A stretch of 64,000 nt of DNA from Halofilum sp. (in: g-proteobacteria) (GTDB taxonomy: Bacteria > Pseudomonadota > Gammaproteobacteria > XJ16 > Halofilaceae), in the NCBI GenBank assembly GCA_034521365.1, contig JAXHMQ010000007.1, positions 663,961-727,960 of the forward strand. The letters run 5' to 3'. Within the stretch, counting starts at the first letter, position 1, and each line of letters begins with the position of its first letter. Position numbers and translations under genes: made by a program. Of this stretch, positions 1-10,800 are shown one piece after another. The notes beneath the pieces are model-generated. The model was not told the origin of the DNA. It ran no database searches and worked only from the letters and a program-made list of their open reading frames with translations.

Positions 1-587
1 GCGAGCGCCGGCTCGGCATCGAGCACCGCGCGCATGTGCTCGGCGTAGTCGTCCCAGTCGGTCGCCAGGTGGACGATGCCGTGCGGCGCGAGCACGCGCG
101 CGATCTCGGCCACGAACGCGGGCTGGACCAGGCGGCGCTTGTGGTGGCGCTTCTTGGGCCAGGGGTCCGGGAAGAGCACCAGCACGCGCGCGAGCGCGGC
201 GTCGGCGACGTGGTCGCGCAGGATCTCCGCGGCGTCGTCGCGGATGACGCGCACGTTGTCGAGGCCGTCGTCGGCCAGCCTGCGCAGCAGGTGGCCGATC
301 CCCGGGCGATGCACCTCGATGCCGACGCAGTTGAGCTCGGGGTGGCTCGCGGCGACCTGGCGCAGGGCGTCGCCGTTGCCGAAGCCGATCTCGAGCCAGA
401 CCGGCGCCGCGCGCCCGAAGGCGGCGGCGAAGTCGAGCCGGTCGCCGTCGCCGGGGCGCTCCAGCCCGTAGCGCGGCCAGAGCCCGTCGAGCGCGCGCCG
501 TTGCGCCGGCGTCAGCCGGCCCTCGCGCAGGACGTAGCTGCGTACCGGGCGCCAGCGGCGGGTGGGCTCCGTCGCCTCGTGGCTCAC
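1..587 (-). CDS. trmB: tRNA (guanine-N7)-methyltransferase, 3' end outside the window
   Basis: Manual minus-strand translation gives SYVLREGRLTPAQRRAL...WLEIGFGNG...FPDPWPKKRHHKRRLVQ...HLATDWDDYAEHM; lies downstream of thiG as usual. Confidence 0.93.
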   Translation of the reverse strand, partial: MSHEATEPTRRWRPVRSYVLREGRLTPAQRRALDGLWPRYGLERPGDGDRLDFAAAFGRAAPVWLEIGFGNGDALRQVAASHPELNCVGIEVHRPGIGHLLRRLADDGLDNVRVIRDDAAEILRDHVADAALARVLVLFPDPWPKKRHHKRRLVQPAFVAEIARVLAPHGIVHLATDWDDYAEHMRAVLDAEPAL

Positions 588-605
588 GGTTGCTCGGACA
601 GCCGC

Positions 606-772
606 CTAGTGTTCTGTCTCGCAAGTTCTTTGAATATTCTCGTCGCGGGATTGCGGCGCCTGGCAAGGCGCGCCGACGAGCAATAGCGCGTCCTATTGCG
701 AGGAGGCGCAACACCGCCAGGCGTCGCAAGACCCGGCGAGAAATCGAACGAATTTGTGAGACAGGACACTAG
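606..772. mobile_element. MITE-like element with terminal inverted repeats and CTAG at both ends
   Basis: Left end CTAGTGTTCTGTCTCGCAAGTTC; reverse complement of right end CTAGTGTCCTGTCTCACAAATTC; internal hairpins; no transposase. Confidence 0.75.
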
Positions 773-1584
773 AAGAACGTGCCGTCGATCGGCGACGAGG
801 CGGAGGCGTAGCGGCGGCGCGGCATGCGCCCGGCGAGGAAGGCGTTGCGGCCGGCGCGCACGGCATCGCCCATCGCCTGCGCCATCAGCACGGGGTGCTG
901 CGCCTCCGCGATGGCGGTGTTCATGAGCACGCCGTCGCAGCCGAGCTCCATCGCGATCGTGGCGTCACTGGCCGTGCCGACGCCCGCGTCGACCAGCACC
1001 GGCACGCCGGCGTGGTCGAGGATCTCGAGGATGTTGTACTTGTTCTGGATGCCGAGACCGGAGCCGATCGGGGCCGCCAGCGGCATCACCGCGACCGCGC
1101 CCGCCTCCTCCAGGCGCCGCGCCATGATCGGGTCGTCGCTGGTGTAGACCATGACGTCGAAGCCCTCGGACACGAGCTGGCGCGTGGCCTCGAGCGTCGC
1201 GGGCACGTCCGGGAACAGCGTCTTCTCGTCGCCGAGCACCTCGAGCTTGACCAGGTCGTGGCCGTCGAGCAGCTCGCGCGCCAGCCGGCAGGTGCGCACC
1301 GCGTCCTCGACCGTGTAGCAGCCGGCCGTGTTCGGCAGCACCGTGACCCGCTCCGGCGGCAGGTAGTCGAGCAGGCTGGCCTCGTTCGGGTCCTGGCCGA
1401 TGTTCGAGCGGCGCACCGCGAACGTCACCAGCTCGCTGCCGCTGGCCTCGACCGCCGCGCGCGTCTGCTCCAGGTCGCGGTACTTGCCGGTGCCCACCAG
1501 CAGCCGCGAGCCGAAGCGTCGGCCGCCAATGGTCATCACGTCCTCGGTCGGGGCCGTGTCCGGCGCGGTCTGCATGCTCGTCAC
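769..1584 (-). CDS. thiG: thiazole synthase
   Basis: [47 protein letters not shown] motifs. Confidence 0.97.
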   Translation of the reverse strand: MTSMQTAPDTAPTEDVMTIGGRRFGSRLLVGTGKYRDLEQTRAAVEASGSELVTFAVRRSNIGQDPNEASLLDYLPPERVTVLPNTAGCYTVEDAVRTCRLARELLDGHDLVKLEVLGDEKTLFPDVPATLEATRQLVSEGFDVMVYTSDDPIMARRLEEAGAVAVMPLAAPIGSGLGIQNKYNILEILDHAGVPVLVDAGVGTASDATIAMELGCDGVLMNTAIAEAQHPVLMAQAMGDAVRAGRNAFLAGRMPRRRYASASSPIDGTFF

Positions 1585-1617
1585 CTCGGTTGCTGGATCC
1601 GTTGCGGCGGGGCGGCC

Positions 1618-1818
1618 TCAGCCGCCGCCGATCGCGCGCACGATCTCGACCCGGTCGCCCTCGCCGAGCCTGGTCTCGGCATACTCGCCGCGCGGCACGA
1701 TCTCGCGGTTGAGCTCGAGCGCGATGCGCCGGTCCGCCAGGCCCACGCGCTCGACCAGCTCCGCGACCGTCAGGGCCTCGGGCAGCTCGCAGGCCTCGCC
1801 GTTGACGTGCACGAGCAT
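1618..1818 (-). CDS. thiS: sulfur carrier protein ThiS
   Basis: 66 aa, MLVHVNGE...ALELNREIVPR...VEIVRAIGGG with C-terminal GG; upstream of thiG. Confidence 0.95.
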   Translation of the reverse strand: MLVHVNGEACELPEALTVAELVERVGLADRRIALELNREIVPRGEYAETRLGEGDRVEIVRAIGGG

Positions 1819-1989
1819 GGTCGAGCTCCGTTCGTTGCGACCAGCCATTCTACAACAGCCGCAGCAGGTGACCGGTACCGTGGTGCGCCGCGAGGCACGC
1901 CGCTCGCCGAAGCGCCGCGGCGCCCGGGCCGCCACGCGCCCGGCGCCTGTTGCGCGCCCCCGGGCCCGCCTCTACTATGTGAGCGCGCC

Positions 1990-2063
1990 GCGGCCGTAGT
2001 TCAACGGTAGAACCCAACCCTCCCAAGGTTGTGATGCCGGTTCGATTCCGGTCGGCCGCTCCA
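1990..2063 (+). tRNA. tRNA-Gly(CCC)
   Basis: Acceptor stem GCGGCCG/CGGCCGC, anticodon arm CAACC-CTCCCAA-GGTTG, GGTTCGATTCC T-arm, encoded CCA. Confidence 0.95.
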
Positions 2064-2108
2064 GGATCCCCACACCGTCTCGCGCAGCGGTAGGCTGCCA
2101 ACCGTCAC

Positions 2109-3199
2109 TTGGACTCCCGGGCGCTGATCGCAGGCGGCGGGCTGATCGGCCTGCTCACGGCGCGCGCGCTGCGCGCGCGCGGCCTCGACGTCACCGTGCT
2201 CGAGCGCGGCGAGATCGGGCGCGAGGCCTCGTGGGCCGGCGGCGGCATCCTCTCGCCATTGTGTCCCTGGCGTTTCCCCGACGCGGTTACCGCGCTCGCG
2301 CAGCGCTCGCAGGCCGCTTGGCCCGGGCTGGCGGCGACGCTCGCCGAGCGCACCGGCGTCGACCCGGAGTATCGCCCCGGCGGCATGGTGGTGATCGACC
2401 GCGACGACCCGGAGGAGGTCGCGGCCTGGGCGCTGCGCCACCAGGCCCGGGTCCGGCCCGTCGACGCCGCCGAATGCGCACGCCTGCTGCCGGGCGCGCA
2501 CCCGCCGGCGGGGAACGCCTGGTATCTCCCCGGGGTCGCCAGCGTGCGCAACCCGCGGCTGCTGCGCGCGCTGGCCGCGACCGTGGCCGGCGAGGGCGCC
2601 ACGCTGCGCGCCTCCACGGCGGTCGACGCGCTCGCCGTGGAGTCGGACGCGTCGTCGGCGTGGACACGCCGGCCGGGCGCATCGGCGCGGACCTGGTCGT
2701 GGTCTGCGCCGGGGCCTGGAGCACGCGGCTGCTCGCCGGGCTGGGCGCGACGCCGCCGGGCATCCGCCCGGTGCGCGGGCAGATGCTCGCGTTCGGCGCC
2801 GTGCCCGGCGCCCTGGCGCGCATCGCGCTCGCGCACGGCCACTACCTGATCCCGCGCGCCGACGGCACCGTGCTGGCCGGCAGCACCCTCGAGGAGACCG
2901 GCTTCGACGCGTCCACCACGAGCGCCGCGCGCACCGGGCTCGAGCGATTCGCGACCGCGCTGCTGCCGGCGCTGCGCGACGCGCCCGTGGTGGCGCAGTG
3001 GTCGGGCCTGCGCCCGGGCTCCGACGACGGCGTGCCGACGATCGCGCCGCACCCCGTGGTCGCCGGCCTCTGGGTCAACGCCGGCCACTACCGCAACGGC
3101 GTGGTCATGGCCCCGGCCTCGGCGGAGCTGCTCGCACGGCTGGTCGCCGCCGAAACGCCCGACCCGGACCCGGCGCCCTACGCCTGGCCGCCGGAGTGA
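2109..3199 (+). CDS. thiO: glycine oxidase (frameshift near 2650, probably a sequencing error)
   Basis: GGGLIG FAD motif and ASWAGGGILSP in the first frame; PVRGQM, WSGLRPG, GHYRNG in the second frame. Confidence 0.88.
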
Positions 3200-3342
3200 G
3201 GGCGGCTGGTGCCGTGCGTGGAGACTCTCGCGGAGACCGCCGGGAACGCGGAGAAAGCCGAGACGGGCTCGTGGCCCGGATGATCGCCGAGGCGGTGCAG
3301 GCGCCGTACGTCATGATTCCCGCCGCGACGGCGAGCGCGTAG

Positions 3343-3440
3343 CCCGTAGCCCGGATGGAGCCGAAGGCGGAATCCGGGGGCGGTCACGATCCGTCCCGGT
3401 CCCATCCCCGGATTCCGCTTCGCTCCATCCGGGCTACGGG
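3343..3440. repeat. inverted pair of GTAG-family REP sequences
   Basis: CCCGTAGCCCGGATGGAGCCGAAGGCGGAATCCGGG ... CCCGGATTCCGCTTCGCTCCATCCGGGCTACGGG. Confidence 0.8.
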
Positions 3441-3515
3441 CCGTGCTACAGCCCGTCGCGCTCGCGGCGGCTTGTCCGCCCGCACGCGCGTCGCTACACT
3501 TCCGCGTCCTGCCGT

Positions 3516-3591
3516 GCCGGTGTAGCTCAGCTGGTAGAGCAATCGATTCGTAATCGATAGGTCGGTGGTTCGAGTCCACTCGCCGGCACCA
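3516..3591 (+). tRNA. tRNA-Thr(CGT)
   Basis: GCCGGTG acceptor, TAGCTCAGCTGGTAGAGC D-arm, ATCGA-TTCGTAA-TCGAT anticodon arm, GGTTCGAGTCC, CCA. Confidence 0.95.
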
Positions 3592-3690
3592 GTTTCATGA
3601 CCCTACGCCCGTTCCACGCCGCGACGAGCCGCCCGTGCCGCACGCGCCCCGCGGACGGGCCTCGGACAGCCTTCTGCGGACTCCCGCGCC

Positions 3691-4600
3691 ATGCCAGTGA
3701 ACCCGCTCGCGAGCGCCGCGGTGGTCGGCGTCGGTGCCCTCTGGGGTCTCTACTGGGTGCCCCTGCGCCAGCTCGACGCGGTCGTGCGCGCGGGCCCGTG
3801 GATCACCCTGGCGGTGCTCGTGGTCGCCTGCGTCGCGCTGGCCCCGCTCGCATGGCGCGCGCGGGGCCGCCTGCGGGCGGCCAGCAACCGCGCGCTCGCC
3901 AGCGTCGCCCTCGGCGGGGCGTCCTTCGCCCTGTATTCCAACGGCCTGCTCTACGGCGACGTCGCCGTCGTCATCCTGCTGTTCTACCTCACGCCCATCT
4001 GGAGCACGCTGATCGCGCGCTTCTGGCTCGGCTGGCCGGTGTCCTGGTGGCGCTACGCCGCCATCGCCTGCGGCCTCGTCGGGATCGCCCTGGTCCTGCG
4101 GGGCAGCCACGGCGGCCTGCCGCTGCCGCACGGCGTCGGCGACTGGCTCGGACTCGCCTCGGGGATGTTGTGGGCGCTCGCGTCGACCGGCATCCACGTG
4201 CACGCGCGCACCGGGCCCGCGGAGACCAACTTCGTGTTCTGCCTCGGCGGCGCCGCGCTGGCGCTGCTGCTGGCGCCCTTGCTCGCCGCCCAGGGGCCGC
4301 CGGCGATCGCGCCGGACGCGCGCCTGGAGGCGGCCGCCTGGACCCTGCTGATCGGCGGCTTCTGGTGGGCGCTGTCGCTGAGCGCGTTCATGTGGGCCAC
4401 GCGCATCCTCGAGCCCGCGCGCGTCGGCATCCTGCTGATGAGCGAGGTGATCGTCGGCGCCGTCTCGGCGGCGCTGCTCGCGGCCGAGGCATTCGGCGCC
4501 GCTGATGGCCGCGGGCACGCTGCTGGTCATCGTCGCGGGCGCGCTCGAGACCATGCCCGACCGGCGCAGCGGCCGCGCGGCCTACGACGTGCCGGGGTAG
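3691..4600 (+). CDS. DMT/EamA family transporter (frameshift near 4500)
   Basis: About 10 hydrophobic segments; LWGLYWVPLR, LLFYLTPIWSTL, EPARVGILLMSEV. Confidence 0.8.
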
Positions 4601-5580
4601 CGCGCGACCCCGGCGAGGCGCCGGCCGAGCCCCCAGAGCAGCAGCAGGATCACCAGCGGGGCCACCAGGGTCTCGATCCCGGACGCCGGCCGTGAGCTCG
4701 ACGAAGGCGTCGAACAGCGAGCGCAGCCAGCCCTCGTCGACGTCCTGCAGGCGCCGCGCCGAGCGGCTGCAGCTGGTCGACCGCGGTCGACAGGCGCGCT
4801 GTCGTCGCCGGTGGCGCGCGGCGCGCGCAGGTCGAGGTCCATGCCGACGCGCCCGGCGGCGCGCTCGACCGTGGCCAGCGCCGTGTCCTGGCGCTCGGCG
4901 AGCACCTGCCCGCTGAACGCCGCCACGCCCACCGCGGCCAGCGGCAGCAGCAGGCGCAGGAACAGCGCCGTCGCCAGCAGCAGGCCCGCGCAGGCCGCCA
5001 GCGGGCGCGCCCAGCGCGCGCGGCCGGCGAGCACGCCGAGGCCGAGCGCGAACGCGGCCCCGGCCCCGAACACGGCCAGCGCGACGTCGCCGGAGAGCTC
5101 GAGCAGCACCTTCTGCAGCGTGAGCGAGCCGATCGCGACCAGGATCACGGTGGAGAAGCGATCGAGCAGGTCGCGCAGCGGGTCGAAGATCTGCCCCGGG
5201 CGGCCCTGGATCACGAGCAGGTCTGATCTGGATGTCGGCGGCCACCGCGAACAGCCGGGGTCGAGCGCGCGCGTGCCGATGTAGGCGCCGCCCGCCTGCA
5301 GCAGGGCGCGGTCGACGTAGGCGGAGGCGCGTGCAGTCGACGGGCGCCAGGCCAGCGGGTCGGCCACGCGCGTGCCCAGCGCGCCGCTCGCGGCCAGCGC
5401 CGTGACCGCCGCCAGCAGCACGGCCAGCCCAGGCGGCAGTTGCCCGGCCGCGTCGCGCCGGGCGGCCGGCCCGGCGGGACCGGCTTGGCCCGCGGCGTGC
5501 GCCGCGGGCCGCCGCGCTGACCGGCGCCGGCAGCGGCAGCACGTCGTGCCCGCAGGGCACCGGCCAGCCGGCGCCGGCAC
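4582..5580 (-). CDS. uncharacterised membrane protein (frameshifted, start uncertain)
   Basis: Hydrophobic ORF with GQIFDPLRDLLDRFSTVILVAIGSLTLQKVLL; the ends look garbled by indels. Confidence 0.5.
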   Translation of the reverse strand: MPAPAGRCPAGTTCCRCRRRSARRPAAHAAGQAGPAGPAARRDAAGQLPPGLAVLLAAVTALAASGALGTRVADPLAWRPSTARASAYVDRALLQAGGAYIGTRALDPGCSRWPPTSRSDLLVIQGRPGQIFDPLRDLLDRFSTVILVAIGSLTLQKVLLELSGDVALAVFGAGAAFALGLGVLAGRARWARPLAACAGLLLATALFLRLLLPLAAVGVAAFSGQVLAERQDTALATVERAAGRVGMDLDLRAPRATGDDSAPVDRGRPAAAARRGACRTSTRAGCARCSTPSSSSRPASGIETLVAPLVILLLLWGLGRRLAGVARYPGTS

Positions 5581-5760
5581 GGCGCAGGTGCCGGCCCAGG
5601 GTCCGGCGGCGAGCCCGGCGGCGATCGCCCAGGGGGTCCACGGCCGCCGCCGGCCAGGGCCCAGGCGGCCAGGTCGGCGGCGTCCGCGGCGAGCGCGCCG
5701 GCCGCGGCGAGCCGGCTGCGCGCGCGCCGGCTCGGCGCCGCGCGACCGGGCCCGGCCGGC

Positions 5761-6376
5761 TCAGTGGCGCGCGCGGCGGCCCATTCGTCCAGCAGTGCCT
5801 CGGCCCGGGCGCGCTCCTCGGCGCTCATGCGCGCGCTGACGGTGTCGCGCGCCTCGGTGGCATTGTCGCGGAACATGTTCGGGTCGAGATTGTAGATCGC
5901 GACGGTGAGCCAGGCGTAGGCGCGCACGAGATCGCGCTCCACCCCGTTGCCACGCGAGTACATCAGGCCCAGCGTGTACTGGGCATGGGCGTTGCCGCGC
6001 TCGGCGGCGCGCCCGTACCACTTCGCGGCCTCGGCCTCGTCCCTGGCGACGCCGGTGCCGGTGGCGTACATGTGGCCGAGGTTGAACTGCGCCTTCTGCG
6101 AGCCGTGCCGCGCCGCGCGCCGGTACCATTCCAGCGCGCGGCCGAGGTCGCGGGCACGCCCTGGCCCTCCTCGTAGAGCGCGCCGAGGCGGAACTCGGCG
6201 GCCGCGTGGCCGAGGTCCGCGGCCCGCTCCCAGGCGGCCGCGGCGGCCTCGTAGTCGCCCTGCTCATAGGCCGCGCGGCCCTCGGAGTACGCCGCCGTGG
6301 CCCGGTCGGCCGCGGCCGGCACCGGGAGCGCCAGCGCCGCGAGCAGGAGCAAGGCGGACGGGATCGACCTGCGCAT
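5761..6376 (-). CDS. secreted Sel1-like repeat protein (frameshift near 6140)
   Basis: Signal peptide, then AEFRLGALYEEGQGV, AQFNLGHMYATGTGV, AQYTLGLMYSRGNGV repeats. Confidence 0.85.
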
Positions 6377-6516
6377 GCAGGCAAGGATAGCAGCATCGCG
6401 GGCGGCTTACGCCGGCGCGGGTGCGCGCCGTGGGGTGCACCGCCGCGCACCGCCCGGGGGATCATCACCACGCCGTGAGGCGGCCGCAGCAGATGAGCCC
6501 GAGTCCGCATGGCCCA

Positions 6517-7772
6517 CTAGAACAGGAAGTAGACCCCGTAGCCGACGAGCAGGGCGGGGACGCCGGTGTAGAGCGTGGCCACGATGGCGGCGCGCGGCGC
6601 CAGCGCGATGGCCGGGAACAGCGCGTCGCCGTCGTTCGAGATGGCGTTCGCCAGCAGCGCCCCCATCGGGATCACGCCGGTGAGGTAGAGCGTGGTGACG
6701 ATGATCTGCGGACCGCAGCCCGGCAGGAAGCCCACCAGCACGGCGATCAGCGGGGCCAGCGGCGCCCAGGCCGCGAACCAGCCGCCGAGGTCGGCGCCGG
6801 TGAAGTGGATGCCCAGCTCGAACAGCAGGAAGGCGGCGAGCACCCAGACGGTGACGAAGTTGGTGTCGTTGATCACGCGCGAGCGCAGCGTCGGCGGCCG
6901 CGACGCTGCGGTCGTTGGGGTTGCGGCCAGTGCCGTCGGCGTGTCGGTCGCCGGTCGCGCAGCACCTGGCCGGGCTCGGTGATGAAGTGCCCGGCCCACA
7001 TCAGCAGCGCGAGCACGCCCCCGGCGAAGCCGAGCCAGGGTCACGGGCTGCCAGGCCGCCAGCGGGCCGAACCAGGTGTTCGGGTCGACCTGGGCGGCGA
7101 TCGGCAGCGGCGAAGATCGAGGCCCGGGCGCCATGATGCGCGAGCCAGACCGGGTCGAGGGCGCGTGGCCTGGAGCGCGGGCGTCGCCCGGCCTGGGCGC
7201 GCTCGCGCGCGATGGCCTCGGGGTCGGCGCACGGCCTGGCTTGCCGCAGGAAGTCGGGGCCGTGGATCGGCGTCGACCAGCAGGCCCGCACGAGCGAGCC
7301 GACGACCAGGCCCATGGCGAACACCAGAGCCGGCGGTGGACGGCTCCTGCGACAGCAGCAGGAAGGCGGCGTCGCCCATGGTGGCGGTGAGCACGGCGAT
7401 CAGCGCGCCGAAGCCGACGCGGCCGTTGACGTACTGGACCACCACCACGATCGCGCCGCCGCACCCGGGCAGGGCCCCGAGGAAGGCGGCGATCGGCACC
7501 TGCAGGCGCGGGCGCGCTTGCAGCGTCTGGGCCAGGTCGAAGCGGAACACGCGCTCGACGCCGTAGATCAGCGCGAGCGTGCCGGCGACGAAGGTGCTGA
7601 CCTGGAGGTAGGCCTCCGCGATGGTGTCGACCATGATGCGGCCGGCCGCGGGCGCATACCAGGCGAGCGCCAGCAGGCCGAGCGGGATCAGCACCCGCCA
7701 GGACAGGAGCTCGCGCAGCAGGCGGTGCAGGTCGATGAGCCCGCGTTTCGCCGCGAGGATGGCCGCCGTCAT
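6517..7772 (-). CDS. putative manganese/heavy-metal transporter, DUF2899-like (frameshifted)
   Basis: Duplicated motifs LGALPGCGGAIVV/ATMGDAAFLLL and GFLPGCGPQIIV/NAISNDGDALFP. Confidence 0.8.
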
Positions 7773-7794
7773 CGGTTGAGGACCGTGTGTTGCG

Positions 7795-7826
7795 TTTAGA
7801 CTGTGTCCAAATTTAGCCTCGGCTGA
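7795..7826. promoter_or_regulatory. candidate tandem DtxR/MntR-type operator palindromes
   Basis: TTTAGAC-TGT-GTCCAAA followed by TTAGCC-TC-GGCTGA in an AT-rich patch about 22 bp upstream of the transporter start. Confidence 0.5.
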
Positions 7827-7862
7827 GTCTGATTTCAAGGGCCGGCCGGGTGGCGCCGGCGC

Positions 7863-10800
7863 TCAGCCCGCCAGGCGCTGGTCGAGCTCGGCCACCGGCA
7901 GCGCCGCCGCGTACCAGAAGCCCTGCGCCTGGTGGCAGCCGTAGCGCGGCAGGCGCTCGGCCTGCTCGGCGCGCTCGACGCCCTCGGCGACCACGGTCAG
8001 GCCCAGGTTGCGCCCGAGCTCGGCGATGGTGCGGGCGATGGCGCCCGCCGTCGCCGCATCCGGGCCCACCAGGTCCGCGACGAACGAGCGGTCGATCTTC
8101 AGGGTGTCGATCGGCAGGTGGCGCAGGTAGTTGAGCGACGAGTAGCCGCTGCCGAAATCGTCGATCGCGATGCGCAGCCCCGGCGCCCGGTCCCTGAGCT
8201 CGCGCAGCTGGCGGCTGGCGCGCTCGAAGTCGTGCATGAGCATCGATTCGGTGATCTCGAGCTCGAGCCCGGCCGGGTCGACGCCGGCCGCGGCCAGGAT
8301 CGCGGCGGCGTCGGCGGCGAAGCCGTCGGCGTGCAGCTCGCGCGTGGACAGGTTGGCGGAGACGACCAGGCCGTGCCCGGCGCGCTGCCACGTGGCCGCC
8401 TGGCGCGCCGCGGCCCGCAGCACCCAGCGGTCGATGTCGCCGATCAGCGGGCTGCGCTCGACATGGCCCAGGAACTGCCCCGGCAGCAGCAGGCCACGCT
8501 CGGCGTGGTGCCAGCGCAGCAGCGCCTCGGCCCCGACGATCCGCCCGTCGTCGAGCCGGACCCGGGGCTGGTAGTGCAGCACGAGCTCGTCGTGCTCGAG
8601 CGCCGCCCGCAGCTGCGCCTCGATCCGCAGGCGCTCGCTCATGTACTCGTTCATGTGCTCGGTGAAGTAGCGGTAGCGGTTCTTGCCGGCGCCCTTGGCC
8701 GCATACATCGCCGTGTCGGCCGCCTGCAGCAGCGCCTCGGGCGTGCGGCCGTCGCCGGCATAGACGGCGATGCCGATGCTCGGCCGCGCCGTCACCTCGT
8801 GCCCGGCGACCAGCATGCCGCCCTGCAGCGCGGCCAGCACGCGCTCGGCGATGTCGTTGGCCTCGGTGTCCGCGCGCAGCGGGATCACCAGGACGAACTC
8901 GTCGCCGCCCAGGCGTGCCACCGTGTCGCCGGCCCGCAGGCACCCGCGCAGGCGCGCGCCCACCTGCTGCAGGAGCGCGTCGCCGGCGCTGTGGCCGAGC
9001 GTGTCGTTGACCAGCTTGAACTCGTCGAGATCGATCAGCAGCACGGCCACCGAGTAGCCGCCGCGCTTTGCGTCGCGCAGGGCCTGCTCGAGGCGGTCGG
9101 CGAGCAGCGCGCGGTTGGGCAGGTCGGTCAGCGGGTCGTACTGCGCGCGGTGCACCAGCTCCTGCGACAGCCGGAACTGCTCCATCGCGATCGAGGCGAT
9201 CTGCGCCATCTCGTTGAGCAGGTCGACCGTCTCGTCGTCCTCGCCCGGCGCGAACTGGGCGAATGCCGCTACCGCGCCCAGCACCGTGCCGCGCTGGTCG
9301 TGCACCGGCACCGCCGTGAGCGCGCCGTAGCCGGCGGCGCGCGCGGCCGCGACCAGTGCCGGCGACGCCTCGGCCGGTCCCGGGTCGATGCCGGCGCGGC
9401 CCTCCCGGACCGCGCGGCACAGCGAGCCCCCGACCTCTTCGGGGGCGAGCCCGTCGATGGCCTGGATGCAGGCGTTCGACAGCCCGGGCGCGGCGGCGAC
9501 GCACAGGCGCCCTTCCTGCAGGCGCAGGACGGCCGCCGTGATCCGGCTGTAGACCTCCTCGACCGTGCCGACGATCTCGTAGAGGGTGCGCGTCAGCGGC
9601 GTGTCGCGCGCCACCATCTCGAGGATCTCGCCGCGCCGGGCCGCGAGGCGGCGGGCGCGGTACTGCGCGGTGATGTCGCGCACGGTGCCCTCGTAGTAGC
9701 GCACCCGGCCGTGGTCGTCGCGCACCGCGCGCACGTTCTCGCTCGTCCAGATCCGCTCGTTGGACCCGAGGCACTGGATCTCGGCCTCGAAGTTCTCGAC
9801 GTGGCCCTCGCGCTCGACGCGCTCGAGCAGCCTGGCCCGGGTGCCGGACTCGACGTACCAGTCGGTGGCGATGTCGCCGACGGCCGCCAGCAGCTCCTCC
9901 TCGCAGCGGCAGCCGTGCAGCCGCGCCAGCGCCGGGTTGGCGCGCAGCACCCGGCCCTCGGGGCTCGAGCGGTAGATGCCCTCGCTGGCGTGCTCGAAGA
10001 TGTCGCGGTAGCCGGCCTCCGCCTCGCGCTGGCCGCTGACGTCGGTCATCGCGGCCAGGGCCCCGAGGTACGCGCCGTCGGCGTCGTAGGTGGCGTTGAC
10101 CGAGAGCAGCACGTCCAGGACGGAGCCGTCGGCGCGCAGGATGCGCGACGGCGTCTCGCGCAGGTAGCCGGTGCGCAGGTACTCCCGGCGCGCGCTGCCG
10201 GTCATCCAGTCGCGCACGTCCGGGGCGTAGAGCTCGGCCAGCGGCCGCCCGATGACCTCCTCGCGGCGGTAGCCGAGCGTCTCCAGCCAGTGCGCGTTGA
10301 CCCCGACCAGGCGGAACTCGGGGTCGAGCGTGTGCAGCATGACCGGCGTCTCCTCGTAGAGCGAGCGGAAGCGTGCCTCGCTCGCCGCCAGCTCGCGCTC
10401 CGCGCGCACGCGCGCGGAGAGGTCGCGCATCGTGGTCGAGTAATGGGTGATCCGGCCGTGCGCGTCGGCGTGGGCCAGCACGGTCTGCGACGCGGGCGTC
10501 TCGCTCCCGTCCGTGGCGACCACCGACACCTCGCCCGACCAGCTGCCCTGGCGCCGCGCCCGCGGCAGGGCCTCCTCGTGCAGGCGGCGGGCGTCGGCGG
10601 CGGTCATGTAGTCCACGAACGCCTGGCCGGCGGCGCCGGTCGCGGGCTCGATCCCCAGCAGCCGGCAGCCGCCGGCGTTGAGATAGCCGATGCGCCCGTC
10701 GGTGTCGATGATGGCGACGCAGTCCGGGGTCGACTCGAGGATCGCGTTGAGGCGCTCGGCCCGTGCCTCGGCCTCCTTGCGCTCGGTGATGTCGATCATC

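Noticed and set aside
1820-1985. TPP riboswitch upstream of thiS-thiG
   Set aside because: The conserved GCTGAGA and CCTGA..GGAA core motifs were not found.
1990-3591. Genomic island at tRNA-Gly or tRNA-Thr
   Set aside because: No integrase, no repeated tRNA 3' end noticed and no compositional shift.
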